Shown here: positions 16,278 to 29,603 of the stretch, one piece after another
Numbering within the stretch: the first letter of the stretch is position 1
Layout: each line of letters starts with the position of its first letter
DNA from: Chrysemys picta bellii
Lineage: Eukaryota
Length of the DNA: 64,000 nucleotides
Direction: 5' to 3'
NCBI RefSeq assembly: GCF_011386835.1
Contig: NC_088798.1
Location: forward strand, 2,790,001-2,854,000
Notes under the pieces: model-generated
Told to the model about the DNA's origin: nothing
Database searches by the model: none
Seen by the model: only the letters and a program-made list of their open reading frames with translations
Program-made: the position numbers and the translations under genes

Positions 16278-16742
16278 CTGAGCCTGAGCGCCCAGTGTGA
16301 TGCGGTGTCCAAAAGAGCTAATGTGATCCTGAGATGTATAAACGGGAATCTTGAATAGGAGCAGAGAGGTCAGTTATTTTCTCTCTGTATCTGGCCCTGG
16401 TGCGATCGCTGCTGGAATGCTGTGTCCACTTCAGGTGCCCACAATTCAAGAATGATGCTGATAAATTGGAGCGGGTTCAGAGAAGAGCCATGAGAATGTT
16501 TAAAGGGTTAGAAAACCTGCCTTGTAGCGATAGACTCAAAGAGCTCAATCTATTTAGCTTAACAGAGAAAGTTAAGCAGTGACTTGATTACAACCTATCT
16601 CCATGGGGAACAAATATGAATGGGCTTTTCAGTCTAGCAGAGAAAGGTCTATCATGGTCCAACGGCTGGAAGTTGAAGCCAGACACTTTCAGACGAGAGA
16701 TAAGGTGAGAGTAATAAACCATTGGAACAATTTACCAAGGCT
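16278..16742 (+). mobile_element. CR1 LINE ORF2 3' fragment
   Basis: Translates as LLECCVHFRCPQFKNDADKLERVQRRAMRMFKGLENL...DRLKELNLFSL; frameshifted. Confidence 0.9.
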
Positions 16743-17063
16743 TTACCCAAGCCTGTCACCCTTGAGCTTTGGCTTCAGCCCTGGGTCCTAGCAAGTCTAA
16801 TGCCAGACCTGGTGACCCCATTACAATGGGGTTTCAACTTACTTGGGGGTCCTGACCCACAGTTTGAGAACCACCGTGCTAGAGGATCACGATGGTCCCT
16901 TCTGGCCTTGCAATCTCTGAATTAATGTGAAGTTGGCACTTGATTAACTGGTCTCTTCATGTCCTGAGATGGGAGGGTATACAGGAGAGAGAATCCACCT
17001 CAGATTCCCCAAAGAGGCTTGGGAATTTGGAATGGGACCAGGCTGGTGCGGCTACTGCAGCAG

Positions 17064-17080
17064 CAGCCTCTAGGGGGCAC
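17064..17080 (+). promoter_or_regulatory. CTCF motif
   Basis: CAGCCTCTAGGGGGCAC. Confidence 0.45.
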
Positions 17081-17961
17081 ACTGTGCAGTTCCCGAAAGT
17101 CACACAATGTGTGTACCCTGTTGCAAACTGTAGGGGATGCTAGTTGATTAATAACGGAGCCTTGAAGTAGCCCTATACATTTACACACAGCCTGGGAAAA
17201 GAGACAGCTGCCCTGAAATGCTCTATGCTAGGAACCAAATGGAAATATTTTACCTTGTTACCTTTAAATGTTTGTAGCTTTTAAACAAATGGACCAGTTT
17301 TCTTCCAACGTGGCTTGTTTTTTGTAGATTTAATTGAGACTTTACAAAATCCCCTTTGGAGATTATGTCCTATCACCTGTGTAGCGATGTGTGGTTCTGG
17401 GGGTGGGTATTCCATACTGTATGCTAGAAAAATAGCTCATTTTAAGCTGGAGGGTGAGGGAGGGGGATTTTCAGCCTGAACTTTGCATTTCAAACGTTGA
17501 AGGCTTGATTTCTCATCCGTGATCACTGTGTTATTTTCATGGAACTTGTTCTGATCACTACGTCATCCCCTTACAAAAACACCAAATCACTTAAACCAGG
17601 TTGGAAAGTTTTTTTGTGTTTTTAAATATCATGTAAGCTGATCTGTGGGCTGGAATAGTTTGGTCTCATTCTGGTTGTGAGGCTAGTGGGTGGGTGCAGG
17701 TGCGCATGCTAGATAGTGGTCCCTTCTGACCTTACCCTCTCGGACCGAACAACTGCCTAGGCAGGTGTGAGGGAGGCGCAACTCAGTAAACGACGGCTCC
17801 AGCTGAAAGTCTGAATGATTCAGAAGAGAATCCCTCTTGCCTGTCTTATTTTAGCCCCACTGCTCCCCGTGTGCCATGCACGCTTGGTGTCCCTGCATTT
17901 GTATTGTTGAAAACGACTGACATCCGCAATAAAGGATCACACAGCTGAGGCTAGGGAGAGA

Positions 17962-17967
17962 TTTATT
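17962..17967 (-). terminator. Candidate BEST4 polyadenylation signal
   Basis: AATAAA on the minus strand ~400 nt past the BEST4 stop. Confidence 0.45.
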
Positions 17968-18366
17968 TACCCTCACGGGAGGCGTCTTGCAGCATTTTAA
18001 GTTCCCTGTATGAATATTTCTCCTGTGTCCCTCAGTTTGGTTCTTTGTCACCCAGTGAATCCAACAGTTGGGCCATGGCAACCAGAGGGGTGTGATGGGG
18101 AACTGGTGACGGGGCTTTCTGTAGAGCACGATCCTTCTCGAACCCTTTGCAGCGTTTGAGCTGATCGCTACAGTCTGGCTTCTGGCCCTGTGGGCCTGCT
18201 CCAATGCCCACTGAGTCAGGGGGAGTCTTGCCCTTCATTTCAGTGGGTTTTGGATCAGGCCCTTAGCTGACAGCACTATCACACGAGCTGCCAGGCCTAG
18301 AGGACAGATGCCGGGGCGCAGCTCGCACTGAGAGTGGAGTGACGAGGCACGCTGAGCTCGCTGCCT

Positions 18367-21300
18367 CTAGGCAGCCGACTGGTCGGTGGCAATGCTCTCG
18401 TCGGAGGGTTGCCTCACGCGGATCTGGGGGTTCTCCCTCTGAGGCCCCTGTGAGGCTTCCAGCCGGCTGGGTATCTTGAGGCGGGTGCCGGGTGTGGGGG
18501 GCTCGCTGGCCTCATCTTCCGTCTCTTCCTCCTCGATGCGGCCCACCGCTTCGGGGTCCTCGCCAGAGCGGGGGTTGGGAGAGGGGAAGCCGCCCTCACC
18601 CCTGAGGCGCAAAAGGTGGTGGTGGGCCCGGTTGCTCCTCCCGAAATTCTTCAGGCTGACAGCGGGGGAGGCGGCCGCGGTCAGGAAGCGGTTGAGCAAG
18701 GGCGTGTGCATGCGGGGCAGGCTGGGCGAGGCCTCCACCTGCTGGCTCTGCTCCGGGTCGTCGCTCATCCTGGGGAAGGAGCGTGGGATTAGGGCGCAGG
18801 CTCCGAGTCAGAGCCACTGGAAGGCAGGGGAAAAGGTCCCATTGATGTAAAAGGGCTTCAGATCGGCGTCAGATCGGCGTGCCTGGGACAGGCTCCTGGG
18901 ACCACAAGGCCCCACCCAGCACAGACCTTCAGCCAAGCTGCCCTGGACGCTCCTGGGAGCTTTGCCTCAGCAAGGGGGCTGAAAGAAAGCACTAAAACGT
19001 GGCTAGTGCATCAGCGTCCCCTGCTTTAATATCTGAGCTTGGGTTTGGTAACCAGAGCAAGGGCTGCTGTTGCCCTTCGCCTCACAAACCAAGTTCCCGA
19101 ACACAATTTAACGGGGTTCGCGTAAGAAAAATTGTTACTCGAAGTTAAGCTGACCAGACAGCAAATGTGAAAAATCAGGACGGGGTGGGGGGGGGTAATA
19201 GGAGCCTATGTAAGAAAAAGACCCCAAAATCAGGACAGTCCCTATAAAATCGGTAGGATGACATCTGGTCACCCTACGGGAAGTAGCCCCATCTCCCTCA
19301 CAGACCTGTTCCTGTGCATCCTGGAGCCAGAGCTGCTGCCTAGGAGACGGTCTTTACTCCTGTTAGCTCAACGCCGAGGGAGCTGGAGTCTCTTTTGGCT
19401 CATGCATCATCAGGAGTGAGACACTCCAAGTGCAGAGCCAGACGATTCTGCACCAAATTTGCTTGGTAAAGTAAGAGATGTTTTTCCCTGACGACAAGCC
19501 CAGCAATCTCACTGCAGGCTGGGTTCTTCCCAGTTCATGCAGCTTGGTAAGTAATTCAGATGATTCCGGCCAGAGTCTTCCCTCACTTACCTTAGTGCAC
19601 CCAATTGTCGTCATGTTCTGCCCTCAATTCCCCCTGCAGACAACGGGGTTCACTTAGGTGTAACTAAGGGCAGAATTTGACCTGCAGATCTTTAGAAATG
19701 GATGAGGCACAAGCTAGAACTTCCCACCCCCCAACTTGCCTCTTAGATTCCAGGATCAGTTTGTGACACAAGCAGTTATTAGACAAATCACCTTCCTACT
19801 TGTAAACTGAGTAAATTGATCTGGCGTGTCTGAGGGGCAAGAAAGGGGAGCCCGCCCGGCCCTTTTGAGAGTGGCTTTTCAGGTCCAAACCACCCTTCAG
19901 AGCAATCCCAGAGGCTCTCGGCCGTAGCGGCTGTTTTCGTTCGGAATGATCCCGCTGACCTTACCGCATATCGAAGGTGGATCCCAGGAAGGAGGGCTTC
20001 AAGGTCTCAGCAGCCGTGGCGATGGTGTATGGCGGCTGAGCTGTGGATTCATTCCAGTATTTGTCCTTCCCTGTTAGAGGCAGGTTCTGGTACATGTCAT
20101 CCACGGAGAGCAGGGACACCTAAGGGTGGCAAAGGGCAGGCTCAGAGGAACAGAGCATGCCACAGGCTGGTTGGGTCTTTCAGGGGAGTGGGGCGCAGTC
20201 TTGCCTGTGAGGGATCAGCTGATCTGATGCTCTGGCATCAGGGGTTTCAATTCAGTTATCAGAGCCAGCTGGGGAAGCATCGATTGAGTTCCAGAAAGGG
20301 GTTGGGGGGGGATTGTCCTCTGTGACTGGCCCTGAGGGAAGAGGGTAGCAGGAGGGAAAGAGGAGTGGGCCCAACCCTAGGCAGGGGGCCTGGAGAGAGA
20401 TTGGGAATAAGGATCTAGACTGGGGGAAAGACTCCAGGGAGGGAGCCGTGAGGATCAGCAGCTCGGGTAGGAAGTGGGGAGGGTCAGCACTCAGAGAGCA
20501 GGCGGAAGGGGATCTCGGGAGGGGCAGAGACCCTTCTATTTTACATGTCCCTTGGGACTATTGTCTAAGTTTGTTAGCGGTGCCCACGCGGGGGTGCTAC
20601 AGAGAAGGCAGGCAGGCCACGAGGGTGACCCTGACATGCGTTTCGTGCATCAAAGGCAAAACTCCCCCTCACTCCAGCGAGGATGTTGCCTGAGGGAGAG
20701 TCAGACCCGGAGGCTGCATTCGCACAGGGTCTCATCCTGTACCCACTCCAGCCAACTGCAGCAGGTGCAGAACTGGGCACCAGGGAGACGCATTCTGTGA
20801 TGGAACAATCCTCCGGCTCCACACTTTCCTAGCGTTTCTCCTTTATTTGTTTCCATTTCTCCTGTGGATTTTTTTATGGCTGGTGCATGGTGCCAGCCTA
20901 ATTAATCCCAGAGGCTGGTGTCTGCCACCCACCGCATGGGCGTTAGCAGCGCTAGCTTCTCCCTGTCACACGGGCACCATCCCCTGAGGCTCGGCTTCAC
21001 CCCTGTTCTGGAGAGACCCCAAAGTTGAAGTTCAGATACAGCCCATTCATTCTGTGTCTTCTCTACTGCAATGCCAATGAGGGTCACTTGTGATGTCAGT
21101 TTTGTGATGTGGACATCTGCCTGCGGAGAGCCCCAGTTCACTGGATCTAGGAACCTCGGAACACCTATACAAGGACTGGATTTGAATCTGACTTGGAGGC
21201 AAAAGACTCCCTGTCCTGCCCCTAATCCTGGCCTGTAGCATCTCTGTGCGGTCCTGATTATTCCAGTTTGATAGAACAGCCTCCGAGGCATCGAAGATGT

Positions 21301-24300
21301 GCTCCCGGCCGGCACACCTGTCTCTACACCACACCCTCTTTGGAGGGACGGGGCGCACCTGCAAGTTCCTGTCGATCAGCTTGTTAGTTTCAAAGTCATC
21401 GTCGTCCTCTCCAAATGGGTTAATGATCTGTTCTGCAACCTGGAGAACGAAGGCAGAAGACCCCATGAGACCCACACACTCAGACACCAGGCTAAGGGTT
21501 CTCCGGTGCTTGTGAAACACGCTACACTAACAGCGGTGGATTTTCACTTGAAGGCTTTACCGAAAAAGGAGCCTCGTAAGCAGGGATTTGCCGCCCTGGA
21601 GGCCTCTGCTTGCCCGCAGACGAGGTAGAGATGGGAAGCGGCGCTGTAAGGTGCCACAAGTCCTCCTGTTCTTTTTGCGGATACAGACTAACACGGCTGC
21701 TACTCTGAAACCCGATGCTGAGACACATCTGCCCTGAGCTGAAGCGACCCCTTCTAGGGCAGAGAGGGGAGCTCAGTCCCAGTGGCCCATTCTGTCATTG
21801 CTCAAAGGGTCCACAAGCGGGGGCCAGTCAGAGAATTCAGTTGTGTGAGGGGGACAGGTCTCTCACTGAGTCCATCAGCTGGGAAAGACTCACTCACCTG
21901 GGCTGCAACCACACCTGTGACTGTGAGACACAAGCTCATTGGTGCCAGTTGGCAAAGGGTTCACAGCTCTGTGTCAGCAACGCCTAACGGCTGAAAAACT
22001 CGCTGCGCCTAACAGATCGCTTTCATGGGATTTATCCCTAAACGACCGGCCCTTGCAGGGCTGTCCCTAGTCATTTGGGTGCCCTATGCAGCCCCCCCTC
22101 CCCCAGGGTCTGGGAGGCAGGAGCTGTGGGGGGGCACTTTTGGGAGCCCCACAGACTCAGAGTGGCCTGGAGGATTAGCGGGGGGCCAGGTAAGAGTCAG
22201 GATGGAGGGAGTTGTGCGGGGCCCCACACCCCCCTAGGGATGGCCCTTGCAGGGGGGGCCGGCCGAGGGATAGGGCTGGTCACCGGGGCTGGTGCAGCTG
22301 CGTATGCCTAAGGACGGCCCTGGGGCCTTGTAAGGTCTCCAGTGAAAGCCAGGATCATGTTGGTCCTTCATATCACTGTGAAATGCATATACCGATGTGA
22401 TTTTAATCCTTGTGTCTATATACTGAAAATCTGACCTGGTCACACTGGGGAATATCGCTGAAAGTGAGAAACTGCTTTAGACAAGGACGTGAGCAGTTAA
22501 AGTCGTTTTGACTTTGCTAAGCCTGGTATCCGGCTGTTTTCCATGTAACTGTTCTGCTGCTAATATTCTTGCTCATGACACATTTGGCTCTTTGGACCTG
22601 GGCTCTGTCAATAATCGTATTTGGGTTAGAAAGAACTCGTAGCGCTGTGGTGTCAAGTGAAGTGCGACGACTCGGCTGGATTCACCAAGGTGACGTGCGC
22701 ACTGTTCTCTTCCCGGGACAGCGAACTTGGGGCTGCAAGGAGCGCCGTGAGGACTTGGGGGTGGCTGTGTGTAAACCTAGCACTAGCCTGCACAGAGAGG
22801 GCGAGACTGCAGAGACCCAGAAGTATGGGCTTGCGGGGCCAGAGGTGGGTGGTTTCAGGGAGCTGAACCACGGCGGAGACAGACAAAGCTGCTTCGTGCT
22901 AAGGGCAGGCAGTGGGTGCGCCTGGGGAGCGTCACAGTGACCTAGAAGTGAAAAGCTCCTCACTGATTCCCCTGACATGCCCCAGTGCCCTACGTCACGT
23001 TCACAGAGGGGACAGGGGCTGCAGGGGAGTCCGACAACCGGGGGCAAGGTCAGCTCTCCCACCAAGCTGGTGCCCGGCAGGGTCCTGCGCCAGGAACGTG
23101 CTCACCTTCAGCCAGCCGGCATAGAAGAAGAACTGCAGGAGGGTGGTCAGAGGGACGTACAGATCCAGATACCGGTCCTGATCCTGCTCTGGGTCCAGGG
23201 GCTCCAGAAACTGCCGCCCAATCACACAGAAGGCGAAGAAGGAATAGACGGCGATTGTAACTACCTGCATCAGAGACACTCGGTTAGCCAGAGTTGGGTG
23301 TGGAGGAGCCACTGGCTAGTCCCAATGCACATGGGAAATCCTAAAAGGGGAACTAGTGCTTTGGAAAATGAGACTAGATACAGTTTGACAGACGGAGATA
23401 GATGAGAGTAACACTGAGATCCTGCCACTGGTGAGCGTGAAAGAGTCTTGTGGCACGTCTCACAAGAGTAGCCGTGCTGTGTAAGTTGGTATCCCTGCCA
23501 AATTCCAACTCGGGGTGATTCCATGCTGCCGCTCTACACTCTTCCTACAGTTTCATTAAGAAACGGGATCCTTCTTCCCTCCCTGTTTGAACCTCTCCTT
23601 GTCCAATGTTGCGGTGTGCTGTTAAACAGCTGCTGCACCCCACCCCAGAGGTGGATGCAGTGTAGTGGTGGGTGAAGCGCCAAGTGCTTTGAGATGAAAA
23701 GTGATAGAGAAACTCAAGTTGTATCTAGGAAGACATGGATCTACCTCACCATGGGTCAGCCGCCAGGGCCCCATAAGCTCTCTGCAGATGCTACATGTAA
23801 AAGGTCGTCTCTACCCTGTAGAACTAGCCCGAAGCGGCTTACATGTGAAGGGTGTGTGGTTGGCAGGGAAAGGAACTGTCACTGATTCCCTTGCTGTGAA
23901 GGGGCTGGAGGGGTCAGTTTCCACGGGCCATGTGGTTCCCACCTCCGGATGCCATTGGAGGGTTGGGAATGGAGGGTGAGCTGAAGGCTGGGCACTCACT
24001 GACCTGTGTGTACACCAGCGGGATGCTGATCCAGTCGTAATGGAACAGCATGCTGCATTTGGCACGGTACAGATTCAGCTCCTACGCAGAGAGGGGAAAG
24101 CGGGGTTATCACCTGGGTGATAGCAGCCTTGGACAAGCTCCCGCCACCAGCAGCTGACACCCCAGGTCCCAGCAACAAGCTCCCAGATCCACACTCCCTC
24201 CCATCCCTTGACCTTCCAGTCCCCCCCAAACTTACATCTATGAGTAAGCGGAGGGCCACGTCGTCCCTGACCCGCCCATCTCGCCTGGCCTGGGCAGCCA

Positions 24301-27300
24301 GGTTGGTGAACCACACGCAGGGGATCCAGTACTTGTTGAAGTCCGAGTGGAGGCTCTCAAACTTCTTGCGCTCTTCCTGTGTCATGAAGCCTGCAGCGTG
24401 GGAGACGGCAGGTAGGGGAGAGATTCAGGGTCCCTTCTTCACCCCCTTGCCTGGCCCCTGCTCAGCGGGTTCCTGGGTTTGCTTCCCATGAATCCAGCAC
24501 TGGTGAAAGGGACCAGACTGTCTGGCCTGGCTGCAGCAGCCCTCAGTCCTCAGAACAGATACGTCGCGGGCAGCAGCAGGGCAAGCCCCCCACACGGTGC
24601 CCCGTCAATATGCACCCATCTCGAGAGCGGGGACACCCGCTCCAGGAGGCAGATCAGTGTCCATGACCCGCTCAGTCCTTGAGCTCTCTGCTGATGCTGC
24701 CAGCAAGGGAGTTGGTTGTGTGGGGTGGGTTTTGTGATGGGCACCCCTGTTCTTAGCAGGAACCGGATTGAGACCAAAGCTCATTTCACACAGGCCACCA
24801 GGCAGCCATCAGCAACTCCCAGTTACTACCGACTTGGGCTGGATCTGAGCTCTGCCTCCCAGCACCACCCCCGGAGCTGTCCAGCCCCCTTTCTGCGACT
24901 CAGCCAGCCATGGGGAGCTCCTGGAACCATCTGCCTCAGTAACTGGTGACAAACTCCATGTGGTTTCACTGCTAACCTGGCCTCCTGGTTGCCCAGGAGG
25001 AAGCCGCTCAGGGTCACAGATTCCAGAGGAAGGCTCCACCCCTGGAGAAATGGCCCCTAGAGTCTCCGGTCAGTGGCGGGAGTAGGAGACTCCAAGGCCG
25101 TCACGGAGCACGGCATGACTTGCTGCTGGGATTGTAGCAGGGGAGGCCGATTCCCAGCAGGAGCCCCGAGATTTCCAATCCCACCCTGAAAGCCTGGCCC
25201 CGTGGAAGTCAAGGCGAGTTTTGCCATTAACTTCTGCCAGGCCCCACCCCACCCCGTTGCTCCCTGGGCTGGCGGGGGATGGGGGGCCCTGTGGCTAGCA
25301 TTCTGCTCAGCCACGTGGGCGACCTGGGTTCAGCTTCCAGTCCCTGCTGGCTCCGAGTCTGCAGCTGCCGCAGAGACTGCCTTGCGTGGCTCCACGGCTG
25401 ATGAAGGGCTGCTGGCAGGCGTCAAATCAGGCCTCACAAGAGTACGAAGCAGAGGGAGAAGTGGGTCCCTCAGGATGGGAGGGGGCCAGGAAATCATCCC
25501 TGCAAGAAAACACCCTGCCACGCTAGGCTTTCCCTGGACACTGACCTTAACTCCAGCCCTTGCTGCTCCGTAGGCAGAAGGCTGCTGGCCGTAGCCTGGA
25601 AACTAACCAACGCAGCAGTGCTCTGCCCCGGCCCTGAGACGAGCTCACCTGCTTCTACCACATGGTCCATGGTTGGAAACCTCTTGAGCACCCTGGTGCT
25701 GACCGAGCGCAGGATGAGCACGGAGGACAAGTTGGCGTAACGGATGAGCGAGCGCCGCAGGATCCTCCCCTTTTCATCCTTCCCGTGGACGGTGCTGGAG
25801 ATGACGCACATCAGCTGGTCAGGCAGTGGGATGCTGGTGTACTGGGCCCACCACCGGTTCACGATCAGCGTGACGTAAAAACCTGCCCACGGAGACAGCC
25901 CACGGGGGCACGGTTACCAGCTGGGGAGGCAGTGCCGGCAGCCGCAGCTGAGCGTCGGAGACCCAGCAATGAGAGGCAGGAGCAAACGGGGTCATTAACT
26001 AGGGATGGCGTCTGGTGACGTGCGGGTTGTGCTGAGCGTGAGGGGCTGGCAGAGCTGCAGTGGGGGACGTTGCTGCGTTGCCTTGTCTAGATGGGATGTG
26101 AGTGTGCGGGAGCTCGCGTGTGCTAACGGACGGGTTTTAAAAGACAAGTGCAGACAAGGCTCATGGGGCCCCATTTCCAAGGGGATCTAGGCCCCTAGAG
26201 AGACTGACAAGTGCTTCTGAAAATCCCACTAGGTCCCTCTCTCAAGCCCTTTGAAAATCTGGCCCATTGCCTTCAACATCCGCTAAACGAGGTGAGTGAA
26301 AACCTACCCTCCTCCACTGGCTTGAACGTGCCCCCTTCAGCATGTATGAGCCCGTCACCCTAGAAGACTTCTCCAATGCATTACTTGGAAGGTGTTAGCC
26401 CCCATGTTGAATCCAAGTCTAAGCCACGCCTGAGCAACAGCAGGGCGAAAACGCTCGTTGTTAAAGAATCACTATTCCCACCAAAGCCAGGGCAAAGCAG
26501 ACCTCGCATAGCTCATATTCCCAACGCAGAAACCAAGCTGGTGTTTGGGGGCAGGCCCAGGAGCTCTTTCCACCCTTTCTACACACGATAAAGAAGAGAC
26601 AGATTTTCCCCTCGGCAGGTAGTTTTCACCTGTGACAACTGTACCAGCACTCTGATCCCTGGACCACCAATGACAGCGCTCTGGAGGAAACCTGAGGGGC
26701 AAAGCTGGGCCTAACTGGGGATGGGCAGGAAATCACGACAAGGCTAATTAACCCATGAGCCCAGAAAGCTGAAGAGACACAGGAAGGAAGAACAGGGGGC
26801 CAGACTAGAGCAGAGAGAAGCAACATGACTGACCCACCCACCTACCCACTCTCCGAGCCAGAGCCCTCTGCCTCTCAGAAACCTTCTGTCTCCCCCCTCC
26901 ATGGCTGTGTGCGCTAAGGAGTGCATGCAGCTGTCAGTCCAGAGCTGCCCACGTTTGTAAGGTTGGTGAGGAGAACGCTGTATATAAATTGCACCCGGGA
27001 GGTAACCAGAAGACGGTCCCCGAGCGGTTTGTGGCTAGAAAAGAGACAGGAGTGGGAAGACACCCGGTCACCATGTTTGTCTGGTTTCCGTGGGAGACGG
27101 ATTTCTCTGTGGCAGGAGAGATAAAGAGTAGCTGAGCGGTTTGGAGGGACATTGTGCTTTTCCTTTGACTCATTTCCCCTGGCAATAGCGGAAGGCTCAG
27201 GACTGACATCCGATAACCTACAGCTGGGCTTGAGTGAACGGCTCAAGCAGTTAGCCAGACTCTGGCTGAATTCGTTAGAGGAGATTTTGTAAAGAGCAGT

Positions 27301-29215
27301 GAAAAGACCGGAATTCCCGAGGGAACAGCTGGTACTTTCAGGGATGCTCAGACAGGGTGAAATTCACCCTGTTGGTGCGCACGCCTTGTGCCAGCAAAGC
27401 TCTGCACAGGGGTGAATTTCTAGCTCTTGTGAATATCAGGCCTGGGCACCAGGGGGCAGCCGGAGGGCAGGCAGCCACCCCAGCCCATCAGGTTAGCTAC
27501 TGCAGGAGTCACCTCTCAGAAAGGAGCAAAGAAGTTCCTCATTTCTCCTGCACAAGGGAGGGGCAGGGGCCACTAAATAATGCACCAGTCATCTGTCAGA
27601 GATAACCCCGTTCCCAGGGCACAGCAGGGTGGGAGAGCTGTTGAGGAGTGCCACTGCATTCCCACAAACATCTCCCAGCTTGGGAAGCTTTGGCCGGGCG
27701 AGGGCTTGTTTTAGCCGGTAAATGTCTAATCATTAACTCCTTGCTCCAGTCTCCAGTCTCCCCACTCCTGCTTGGTGCCCTCTCCCACCCCTCCCTTCTA
27801 TCTGTGCCCTCTGCTCACACATACAACCGTCTCTCACGTTTTTGCAGGACTTCTCTTCCCCAGAGGATCCTAAATGTGCGGTACTTATCCACAGGGGTCG
27901 CTGAATTGCAGCCACCTCTGGGGCAGAACAGCAGTGCTACATAACAGCTTAGCAGAGTGTGTGAAGGAGAATGCAGCAGGGGGAATAGAGAGGCCGAATG
28001 GACTGTAGTGGGAGGAAGTGCGGTCAAGTGGCTGGAGGCAGGATGCCTGGGTTCTGTCCCTGGGTCTGCCCCTGGATATGCTGTGCGACTTTGGGCAAGT
28101 CATTTTCACCTGCCGGGGGCTCGGTTTGCTCATCTGTAATCTAATGGGGATGATAGTGCTGCCCCTCCTGTGGCAGGTGCTTTGAGATCCTGGGGTCAAA
28201 GGTGCAAATGATGCTGGAACTGAGCTAACTGCCCATGTGTTTCTGGGGCCTGGAGCCAAAGAATTGGGTCCCTTCCGAGACTCACGCCCTGGCCCATCTG
28301 ATCCATTCGCTCCAGCCTTAACCGGGCACTAAGGATGGAAAAGGAAGGAGAAGGAGACCCAGGAGGGGGCACTTTACCCAGGACAAAGGACATGGGGATG
28401 AGGTCCGTGGAGCGGTTGCAGTACTGAGCCACTTTCACATAGACACGCTTCTGCTCTTCGGTCAGCAACCGCCTGCAGGGACACAAAGAGCCAGGATCAG
28501 GCGCTCACCCCGGTGTGCGTTACTGCCTGGAACCTCCAACTCCTCTGCGCTCATCTTGAGATTCTTCTTCCCCTCACTGCCCTGCACAGGAGCGCTTACT
28601 TCTCCCGGCTCTATCCCTGCCCAAGTGACCCCCCCCCCCCACCAGCCTGCCTGTGGTATGTTTCTTAAAGAGTTCCCACTCCAGCTGTCACCCAAGCCAG
28701 GGATCTTCCACTGATGGGCGCCTGCAGGATCTCTCCAGTGACAGATTTTCCCTGAGACTAGCATTTCCAGATGTTCTCCAGCTAAATGGATGGATACTCT
28801 AATGGCAGGCACTGTCCATCAGCAGAAACGGGGTTAATAAAAGAGAAGCAGCAACAGCAAGTGGGTAAAGGACACAGGTATTTCCAGCAAGTCCATGTGC
28901 AAGTGAAACAGTCTGACTGCTGCACGAAAAGGGAACAGCCTACTACTGCTGCTGGCTCGTGAAATCAATCCTTTCTCCCAGGTGGCAGAGGGCTGCCATA
29001 GGTCCTGGGTTCTGTCCCTGGAGTGTGGACAGCCCATGTGGGGAAGCCGTTCCACATACTCACCGGTAAGTGATGCTCAGCATCGCGTACAGCATGACAA
29101 AGACAAGGAACTCCTTGTAGAGCAGTTTGTAGATGCTCCCCTTCCACCTGAAGAGCAGCTTGGAGAAGCCCCCGAACTGGGCATTGGCCACCTTCAGCGT
29201 GTAGGAGACTGTCAT
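18367..29215 (-). CDS. BEST4: Bestrophin-4, 503 aa; coding exons 29064-29215, 28378-28472, 25649-25882, 24236-24390, 24004-24081, 23106-23264, 21359-21439, 19965-20119, 18367-18769
   Basis: [11 protein letters not shown]...RFPT motif...[19 protein letters not shown] (Ca-binding acidic cluster)...[19 protein letters not shown], which are BEST4-type sequences. All introns GT-AG, phases consistent, total 1512 nt. Confidence 0.97.
19146..19276. mobile_element. hAT-like MITE (TAGGGTGACCAGA TIR family)
   Basis: Right TIR TCTGGTCACCCTA; degenerate left TIR TAAGCTGACCAGA. Confidence 0.7.
19568..19682. mobile_element. Short palindromic non-autonomous element
   Basis: ~31-bp imperfect inverted ends GGCCAGAGTCTTCCCTCACTTACCTTAGTG / CACTTAGGTGTAACTAAGGGCAGAATTTGACC. 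Confidence 0.55.
21647..21712 (+). mobile_element. Penelope-like element terminal fragment (BEST4 intron 6)
   Basis: TAAGGTGCCACAAGTCCTCCTGTTCTTTTTGCGGATACAGACTAACACGGCTGCTACTCTGAAACC; same sequence as at 33.5 kb and 49.5 kb. Confidence 0.75.
26166..26265. mobile_element. Short GGGCC...GGCCC-ended palindromic element
   Basis: Ends GGGCCCCATTTCCAA / TTGAAAATCTGGCCC. Confidence 0.5.
28015..28205 (+). mobile_element. MIR/CORE-SINE
   Basis: CTGTGCGACTTTGGGCAAGTCA...GGTTTGCTCATCTGTAA CORE-like sequence. Confidence 0.65.
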
Positions 29216-29586
29216 GGCTGCCTGCCTCCGCCCCCTCCGGGCTGCAGCGGGGAGAGACGGCGTTAGAGTGAGATTTCCCCTCCGCCTCGCTGGAGCTCCG
29301 CCTGCGAGTCTGAGGCAGCTCTGTTGTCTCCAGTGCCATGGCTGGAGGTCACAGACCGAGCCCGAGCCCACTTCGGGCCATCAGGCTGGGATCCAGCGGC
29401 CAGCACGCATTTCCAGTGCAGGCCCCATAATCATCCATGGCCGCAGACGCCACACTTGTCAGCCAACTGCGAGCCCATGCTCGTTCAGCCACCAAGGGGC
29501 AGCCGTGCGCCTCGATGCACACCGCCTGACACCCCCCATACAGTGGGTGGCGCATGTGTAAACCACGCTAGGCGTGCATGTCTCTG

Positions 29587-29603
29587 TCGCCCTCTAGTGG
29601 CTG
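29587..29603 (-). promoter_or_regulatory. CTCF motif upstream of BEST4
   Basis: Minus strand CAGCCACTAGAGGGCGA, a consensus match. Confidence 0.6.
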
